Assembly (NCBI GenBank): GCA_012719355.1
Contig: JAAYAM010000161.1
Coordinates: forward strand, 41,048 to 105,047
Origin: Acidobacteriota bacterium
GTDB lineage: Bacteria > Acidobacteriota > UBA6911
Direction: 5' to 3'
DNA: 64,000 bases
Positions 57,884-64,000 of this stretch are shown here, in pieces (the first letter of the stretch is position 1; every line of letters begins with the position of its first letter). The notes under the pieces are model-generated. The model was given only the letters and a program-made list of their open reading frames with translations. It searched no databases and was not told the origin of the DNA. Made by a program: the position numbers and the translations under genes.

Positions 57884-57959
57884 AGCGTCGGGCGAACATC
57901 AGCTCTGTTGTTGTTAACGCCGTATTTCTTATCACAACGTGCAGTGCCCTGAAAGGAAA

Positions 57960-59081
57960 ATGGTCGCGGAGCCTGAACTCCAGGTCCCGCAGATGATACA
58001 CTTTGCTGCTATGGCACTGGTAAACCTTATGGGCCGGAGTCTGGAGGAAATCGAGGAGGCAATCTCCGGCCTGAACGAGCCGAAGTATCGCGCGCGCCAG
58101 ATCTATGCGGGAATATACCGCCGCCTGCTTCATTCGTGGGATCATTTCACCGATTTGGGAAAACAGCTGCGCGAGAAACTGAAGGAGCAGTTCACAATCG
58201 AGCATCCTCCGATACGGCAGGTATTCGTATCCAGGGACGGCACGCGCCGCTATCTTTTCGAGGTTCCACCCGGACAGAAAATAGAATCCGTCTTCATACC
58301 CGAAGACCGGAGGGATACGGTGTGTATCTCGACCCAGGCGGGGTGCGCTGTAGGATGCCTTTTCTGCGTCACAGGGAAACTGGGGCTGCGCCGCAATCTT
58401 ACTTCCGGCGAGATCGTGGGACAGGTACTGGCACTACAGTCAGACAGGGGAACGGCGGCAAAGCGCCTTAATATCGTCATCATGGGAATGGGCGAACCGC
58501 TCAACAATTATGACAACGTCATGAAGGCTATACGGCTGATGACGCACAAGGACGGAATGTCTATTTCGCCGCGGCGCATAACTCTTTCCACATCAGGCGT
58601 CGCGCCCGGAATCCGCAGGCTGGCAAAAGAGGAGGTGATCCCGAATCTCGCAATTTCGCTGAACGCAACGACTGACAGCGTGAGAGACATGCTCATTCCG
58701 ATCAACCGGAAATGGAATATCGCAGCTCTGCTCGAGACCTGCCGCGGTTTTCCCCTCGAACAGAGAAGGCGCATTACGTTTGAGTACGTTTTGATCGAAG
58801 GAGTAAACGATTCGCCGGAAGACGCCCGGCGCCTGGCCGATCTGCTCCAGGGACTCAAAAAGAAAATCAACCTGATACCGCTGAATGCCGATCCCTGGAT
58901 CCCGTTGAAGACTCCTTCGTGGGACCGCATTCTCGATTTCGAGAAAATTCTCGTCGACCGCTGCATCACGGTCAACATCAGGCGGTCCCGCGGAGACGAC
59001 GTATCTGCCGCCTGCGGGATGCTGGCCGGCCGGGAAGAACCCGCTGCAGACGCAGCAATTCCGCCCGGGCCCGCCCGATAG
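57960..59081 (+). CDS. rlmN: 23S rRNA (adenine2503-C2)/tRNA methyltransferase RlmN
   Basis: Radical SAM CAVGCLFC motif, MGMGEPL, full RlmN similarity; start at ATG with AAAGGAAAA RBS. Confidence 0.9.
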   Translation: MVAEPELQVPQMIHFAAMALVNLMGRSLEEIEEAISGLNEPKYRARQIYAGIYRRLLHSWDHFTDLGKQLREKLKEQFTIEHPPIRQVFVSRDGTRRYLFEVPPGQKIESVFIPEDRRDTVCISTQAGCAVGCLFCVTGKLGLRRNLTSGEIVGQVLALQSDRGTAAKRLNIVIMGMGEPLNNYDNVMKAIRLMTHKDGMSISPRRITLSTSGVAPGIRRLAKEEVIPNLAISLNATTDSVRDMLIPINRKWNIAALLETCRGFPLEQRRRITFEYVLIEGVNDSPEDARRLADLLQGLKKKINLIPLNADPWIPLKTPSWDRILDFEKILVDRCITVNIRRSRGDDVSAACGMLAGREEPAADAAIPPGPAR

Positions 59082-59087
59082 ATCGGA

Positions 59088-59829
59088 TTATTCCGCCGCG
59101 GTAAGGGCGATCACGGCCATCATGCGTCCGGCCGCAGCTCCTTCCGCCCTGTACGAGAAGAATCGCCCGGTGCCGCAACACGTGCAGGCATTCAAATTAT
59201 GGCAGTTCTGTTCCCGGACTCCGGCACTCTTCAGCTGGATTTGCAGCGCCTTCCACAAGTCAAGATGATATTTCCCTGCTTGGACGGGTGAAGCTTGGGC
59301 GAGGGATGCCCCCGGAAACTCTTTTTCGAACAGTTCAGCCACTTCCACGCCCGTTTCAAAACAACATTCTCCGATTCCCGGTCCTGCCGCGACAAGAAGG
59401 TCCGCCGGATCACTGCCGAATGCCCTGTTCAGCGCAAAGACAGTCTCGGACAGAATGCGCTTCACAGTTCCTCTCCATCCCGCGTGAACGGCTGCAATGG
59501 CACGCTTCATCGGATCGACCAGCAGAACCGGCACACAGTCCGCGGTTCTGACCGCGACCGCGACATTCTCCATCCGCGTGGCGAGAGCATCTCCCTCTCT
59601 TGCTTTCCAATCCTTACGGTAATCATCTATGATGTGGACGGTGTTCGAATGCACCTGGCGCAGCATCGCAAGCTGCAGGGCGTCGAGTCGCAGGGCCGAC
59701 AGCAACGCGCCGGCGTCCCCATGCCGCGTGGAAAAGGCGTGACTCAGCTGCGGGACAGATTCAAAAGCTCTGCAGCTGTAGTACTGCACACCCTGGCGCT
59801 TACGGAGTGAGAAGTCATCCCGGTTCATC
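59088..59829 (-). CDS. pgeF: peptidoglycan editing factor PgeF (YfiH/laccase-domain, DUF152)
   Basis: Cu-oxidase_4 fold with conserved His/Cys (TADCVPVLL, AAVHAGWRG). Confidence 0.85.
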
Positions 59830-59885
59830 GCCTGAGATTCTGTGGCGGTGCGCGGCTTGATGTCAACCGGGATTGGGAGCAATCG

Positions 59886-60260
59886 ATGATCATCGGCACC
59901 GGCGTGGACATCGTCGAGATTGAACGTTTTCGCAAAGCGATCGACCGGTCGAGGGACCGGTTCATCACGCGGATTTTCACGCCTGCGGAACAGCAGTACT
60001 GCAGCAGCCATCGCGACCCGGTCCCGCATTACGCGGCAAGGTTCGCCGCCAAGGAAGCAGCCTTCAAAGCATTGGGCACGGGATGGGCGAAAGGAGTGAC
60101 CTGGCTCGACGTGGAAGTCAGGAGGGAGAAACCGGAGGCTCCGGGTATCGTCCTGTCCGGGGAAGCGGCGCGGCGGTTCCAGGCCATGGGGGCGCGCAGG
60201 GCACACGTAACCCTATCCCACTCCGACAACTGGGCAGTGGCTTTCGTAATCCTGGAGTGA
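59886..60260 (+). CDS. acpS: holo-[acyl-carrier-protein] synthase
   Basis: IIGTGVDIVEIERF and FAAKEAAFKALG motifs. Confidence 0.9.
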   Translation: MIIGTGVDIVEIERFRKAIDRSRDRFITRIFTPAEQQYCSSHRDPVPHYAARFAAKEAAFKALGTGWAKGVTWLDVEVRREKPEAPGIVLSGEAARRFQAMGARRAHVTLSHSDNWAVAFVILE

Positions 60261-60265
60261 CTCGG

Positions 60266-60583
60266 CTACTCGAAGACATCGACGACGCGTGACTCGTCGG
60301 GTTTCTGGAGGTTTTCAATCGCCCGCAGCAGTTCCTCAAAGAAAGGACCCGGAGGAACCGGATCCGGATGCTGCATGCTGTTGAGCGGCCTCACCAGTCC
60401 GGCTGCAGCTGCAATTTCCTGCTCAAGTCTCTGCAGGACCGTCTTCTCTTCTTCCTGCTCCAGGGGACGGGCTTGCTCGCTCTTGGGCTCCTCCACAGGT
60501 TCCTGCTTTACCTGTCTCTGCGGCTCGATCTCCCTCGAGTGCATCTGGACTCTATCCAGCATGTTCAGTGTTGTGGAAAACAT
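60266..60583 (-). CDS. hypothetical acidic low-complexity protein
   Basis: About 105 aa, E/Q/P-rich; no homology recognised; could be non-coding. Confidence 0.3.
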   Translation of the reverse strand: MFSTTLNMLDRVQMHSREIEPQRQVKQEPVEEPKSEQARPLEQEEEKTVLQRLEQEIAAAAGLVRPLNSMQHPDPVPPGPFFEELLRAIENLQKPDESRVVDVFE

Positions 60584-60668
60584 ATCTGAACGCTCCCGAT
60601 CTTCCTGATCGGCTTTCCTTGTTAGCAGATTTGTGAGGCAGATCACAAAAACGGGGTATCGGCTCGAG

Positions 60669-61973
60669 TCACTGCAGGACGGCACGTGTTGAGCCGGGTT
60701 GCACATCCTCGATGCGGATGTCGACAAGCGTATTGGGAGGAACGGTAAGACCCGGAACCCGTGCTTCTATATAATTTCCGGTCAGAACCGTCGACTCACC
60801 CATCTCCTCCTGGTTCGAGAGCGTGATGGCCGGAAGGACCTTACCAGTAAAGCGCCTGCGGAATGCCAGATTCTTTGACTTTGACATCGCCAGGAGCCTG
60901 CCCATTCGTTCTTTGACAATCTCCGGCGGAACGCGGTCAGGCAGCGAGAAAGCCTCCGTCCCTTCTCGTGGGGAGAACGGAAATATGTGGAGATAGGCAA
61001 GGGGCGAATCTTCGATCAGTCTGCAGGTTTCTTCGAAATCCTGCGCGGTTTCTCCCGGAAATCCCACCAGAACGTCCGTACCTAGCGCCACATCTGGAAT
61101 TTCTTCGTCTATGGTCCGGAACAACTCCCGGACCCTGGCAGCGGTGTACGGTCGCCGCATAGGGCGCAGAATGCGGTCGCTGCCGCTCTGCAGCGGCACG
61201 TGAAAGTGATGTGCAAAGATTGGGCTTTCCGCTGCAAGTCTTATGATGGAAGGTTCAAGCCAGATCGGCTCTATGCTGCTCAACCTGATCCTGCCGATTC
61301 GAGGGATTTCGATTATCCGGGTCAGCAGGTCGTACAGGCGTGCATGTCCTTTGATTTTCCGTCCGTAAGATCCCAGGTTGATTCCGGTGATTACGATCTC
61401 CTGAAATCCCCGCTCGACCAGGGACCGTATCTCTTCCAGTATGGGTTCCGGTCGTGCGCTGCGTCCGGGGCCGCGAACATGCGGGACGATGCAGTAGGAA
61501 CAACAGTTATCGCATCCGTCCTGCACTTTCACGAGCGGACGCGTTTTACCCCCTGTCAGGGCCATGGAAGGGACGCTGCACTCGAGATGAGACTGCAGAG
61601 GAGGGTGGACTACTATGGCTTCCCCGCCTGGAGCGGCGAGATCCCGGACAAGTTCCGGAAGGCGCTCTCGTTCTTCATTCCCGAGAACCATGTTTACGCC
61701 CGGAATGGCGGCAAGAGTATCGGGGTCGCGTTCCGCATAGCAGCCGGTAATGACCAGGCGCGCCCCGGGATTGTCCCGGTGCAGACGGCGTATGGTCTGG
61801 CGCACCTGCTGATCGGAACCGTGCGTGACGGTGCAGGTATTCACCACAATCAGGTCGGCATCGGCAGGGGCAGCGGTTTCCGTCATCGACAGACGGCTGA
61901 GCCCATGGCGCAGCGCGGCGCTATCGGCCTGATTGCAGCGGCACCCGAAGGTCACGAGTGAAAACTTAGACAC
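60669..61973 (-). CDS. mtaB: tRNA threonylcarbamoyladenosine methylthiotransferase MtaB (MiaB-like radical SAM)
   Basis: MTTase N-terminal (LVTFGCRCNQADS), radical SAM CDNCCSYC, TRAM-like C-terminus; GTG start overlapping purE stop. Confidence 0.85.
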   Translation of the reverse strand: MSKFSLVTFGCRCNQADSAALRHGLSRLSMTETAAPADADLIVVNTCTVTHGSDQQVRQTIRRLHRDNPGARLVITGCYAERDPDTLAAIPGVNMVLGNEERERLPELVRDLAAPGGEAIVVHPPLQSHLECSVPSMALTGGKTRPLVKVQDGCDNCCSYCIVPHVRGPGRSARPEPILEEIRSLVERGFQEIVITGINLGSYGRKIKGHARLYDLLTRIIEIPRIGRIRLSSIEPIWLEPSIIRLAAESPIFAHHFHVPLQSGSDRILRPMRRPYTAARVRELFRTIDEEIPDVALGTDVLVGFPGETAQDFEETCRLIEDSPLAYLHIFPFSPREGTEAFSLPDRVPPEIVKERMGRLLAMSKSKNLAFRRRFTGKVLPAITLSNQEEMGESTVLTGNYIEARVPGLTVPPNTLVDIRIEDVQPGSTRAVLQ

Positions 61974-62472
61974 CCCGCGTCTTCCTTAATTCCGTGTCAC
62001 GCTGTTCGACGCTGTCAGCCAGCTGCTTCTTGTATCTGTGAAGACGTTCCGAAAGATCGCTGTCGCTCAGCGCCAGTATCTGGGCGGCGAGAACGGCGGC
62101 ATTGCTTGCTCCGGACCTGCCGATCCCCATTGTGGCTACCGGCACGCCCGCCGGCATCATTGACGTCGAAAGCAGAGCATCCAACCCATTCAGCGGCGAG
62201 GAATCGATCGGAACCCCGATAACCGGAATGGTCGTATGAGAGGCGATGACGCCGGCCAGGTGCGCGGCAGCGCCTGCGCAGGCAATCACGACCTGCACTC
62301 CCCGCCCCTCCAGTTCTGAGGCGTAGCGCTGCGTCCGGGTCGGCGATCTGTGTGCGCTCGATATCGTGACTTCGTGCTCGATGCCGAAATCGGCAAGTAT
62401 TCTGAGCATGTTCTGAATCACCGGAAAATCTGAATCACTCCCCAGGACTATCGAAACCTTGGGCTGGGTCAC
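61966..62472 (-). CDS. purE: 5-(carboxyamino)imidazole ribonucleotide mutase
   Basis: PurE fold (VSIVLGSDSD.., AGAAAHLAG); GTG start with GGAGGAAG RBS. Confidence 0.9.
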   Translation of the reverse strand: MTQPKVSIVLGSDSDFPVIQNMLRILADFGIEHEVTISSAHRSPTRTQRYASELEGRGVQVVIACAGAAAHLAGVIASHTTIPVIGVPIDSSPLNGLDALLSTSMMPAGVPVATMGIGRSGASNAAVLAAQILALSDSDLSERLHRYKKQLADSVEQRDTELRKTRGV

Positions 62473-62494
62473 GCTTCCTCCGATCGGCGTTAAA

Positions 62495-63793
62495 TTATAC
62501 CAGTGGTTCCTCCATGCTGGCCTTCAATCCTTTTGCGCCTATATCCCTGCGGTGATGCATGCCTTCAAAGTGTATCTTATTGACCGCCTCATAGGCCACC
62601 ATCACGGCCGAAGCCAGGTCCTTTTCCGTAGCGGTCACTCCGAGGACGCGTCCTCCCTCGGTGACAAAGTTATCTCCCTCTGCGCGTGTTCCGGCATGGA
62701 AGATGGCAACACGCCGGTCTTCTTCAGCCATTTTGAGTCCGGTGATCACCTTACCTTTGAGATACGGACCCGGATACCCTCCCGAAGCCAGCACGACGCA
62801 GACTGCGGCACCGTCATCCCATTCGGCGTTATACTCCTTGAGCCGGCCCTGACACAGCGCCTCGCACAGCCCGGCGAAATCGCTCCTGAGCCGAGGCAGA
62901 ATAACCTGCCCTTCAGGATCACCCATCCGGACGTTGAATTCCAGAACCTGAGGCCCCCTGCTCGTCAACATCAGACCGGCATAGAGTATCCCCTGGAAAG
63001 GGAATCCCTCTTCCTTCATGCCGCTGATCACAGGACGGATGACGCGTTTCAACACATCGCTCTCGAGTTCCGGGCCGAGGATGTCATTGGTCGAGTACGC
63101 CCCCATTCCTCCGGTGTTCGGTCCCGAATCGTTGTCGAAGGCCGCCTTATGGTCCCTGGCAGCTACCGCCGGAAGAATGGTTTCCCCGTCTGTGAAGACT
63201 ATGTAGGACGCTTCGACTCCCTGCAGGCATTCCTCAATCACGATTCGGTCACCTGCCTCACCGAATTCGCGATTGATCATGATCCTCGTGACGGCGTCTC
63301 TTGCTTCATCTGCATCACGGGCGACTATCACCCCCTTTCCCGCGGCAAGCCCATCGGCCTTCACCACTATCGGGTAAGGGGTTTCGGACGATCCGAGATA
63401 GGCGAGAGCGATCTGGGGATCCTGGTAGACCGTGTAGGGGGCTGTCGGAACTTTGTGCCGGGCCATGAAGTCCTTTGCGAACACCTTGCTCGACTCGAGC
63501 TGCGCCGCCTCCCGGGTGGGTCCAAGGACTCCTGCTCCGAGGGGTTTCAAGGCATTGACCAGACCGGATGCAAGTGGAGCTTCCGGCCCGACCAGCACGA
63601 AATCTATCTTTTCTTTCTTCACCAGATCGCACAACGCCTGCGTATCGTCAGGACGAACCGGGACGCAGCGCGCGCTGCGGGCGATCCCTGCATTGCCGGG
63701 TGCGCAGAATACCACTCTTACCCGCGGGCTCTGCTTCAGTTTCCAAACGAGGGCATGTTCTCTTCCGCCGGAACCGACAACCAATACTCTCAT
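62495..63793 (-). CDS. purD: phosphoribosylamine--glycine ligase
   Basis: MRVLVVGSGGREHAL N-terminus, ATP-grasp domain; ATG with GGAGAGG RBS. Confidence 0.9.
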   Translation of the reverse strand: MRVLVVGSGGREHALVWKLKQSPRVRVVFCAPGNAGIARSARCVPVRPDDTQALCDLVKKEKIDFVLVGPEAPLASGLVNALKPLGAGVLGPTREAAQLESSKVFAKDFMARHKVPTAPYTVYQDPQIALAYLGSSETPYPIVVKADGLAAGKGVIVARDADEARDAVTRIMINREFGEAGDRIVIEECLQGVEASYIVFTDGETILPAVAARDHKAAFDNDSGPNTGGMGAYSTNDILGPELESDVLKRVIRPVISGMKEEGFPFQGILYAGLMLTSRGPQVLEFNVRMGDPEGQVILPRLRSDFAGLCEALCQGRLKEYNAEWDDGAAVCVVLASGGYPGPYLKGKVITGLKMAEEDRRVAIFHAGTRAEGDNFVTEGGRVLGVTATEKDLASAVMVAYEAVNKIHFEGMHHRRDIGAKGLKASMEEPLV

Positions 63794-63872
63794 AGTGCCT
63801 CTCCTGTAACCCGGCCGCACAGTCGGCTCCGCCAGAGGGGCTGACTCGCCGGTCTGTCTCCATCTTCTGCTT

Positions 63873-64000
63873 CAGATTTTATCCAGATCAATCGACTTGA
63901 GATAGGCGCGAAAAGCCGGGCCAAGCTCTTCATTTTTCAGTGCAAACTCGATAGTGGCCTGGAGAAACCCGAGCTTGTCTCCCGCATCATGACGCTTACC
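63873..64000 (-). CDS. partial CDS (C-terminal fragment, product unknown) running off the window edge
   Basis: Open minus-strand frame ending ...AFRAYLKSIDLDKI* about 50 nt upstream of purD; identity not determinable. Confidence 0.3.

Noticed and set aside
1-64000. tRNA, rRNA, tmRNA or mobile-element genes
   Set aside because: No GGTTCGAATCC-type T-loop contexts with cloverleaf potential and no rRNA-like conserved stretches were found. No transposase, integrase or inverted terminal repeats were recognised. smpB is present but no ssrA-like sequence is adjacent.

Overview
This is a 64 kb, high-GC (~58-60%) bacterial chromosomal segment that is densely coding, with about 63 protein-coding genes on both strands. 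I found no rRNA, tRNA, CRISPR array, transposase or integrase. The gene content points to an anaerobic or facultatively anaerobic soil or sediment bacterium, possibly Acidobacteriota-like. It includes a TRAP transporter, an aldehyde dehydrogenase and NikR. It also holds a molybdenum-hydroxylase large subunit, an octaheme cytochrome c fused to HEAT and TPR repeats, a sulfatase, an MFS transporter and a PAS/GAF/GGDEF sensor. The centrepiece is a cytochrome c maturation (System I) operon in the order ccmE-ccmF-X-Y-ccmABCD. Its CcmE carries a CxxxY motif in place of the heme-binding HxxxY, no ccmG or ccmH is present, and two uncharacterised genes (a zinc-ribbon membrane protein and a periplasmic beta-sandwich protein) are translationally coupled into it. 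A radical SAM gene with a non-canonical Cx4Cx2C motif sits upstream. Downstream are a tungsten-type aldehyde:ferredoxin oxidoreductase and a DLH/ACAD/trpS/pepP block. A GWxTD protein is followed by two GT2 glycosyltransferases and rmlA/rmlB/rmlD. Then come housekeeping genes (smpB, pepA, pdxA, holB, tmk, yggS, yggU), a PP2C phosphatase with two repeat-rich envelope proteins, a dihydropyrimidinase, and purB, rlmN, pgeF, acpS, mtaB, purE, purD. Other points of note are a pdxA with no canonical in-frame start codon, a degenerate GGDEF motif (TGQTY), a divergent Sm/Hfq-like protein, a tandem 12-bp TGTGGA repeat block, a near-consensus sigma70 promoter and several perfect palindromes in intergenic regions. 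Coordinates I indexed by hand in the raw sequence may be off by 1-2 nt.
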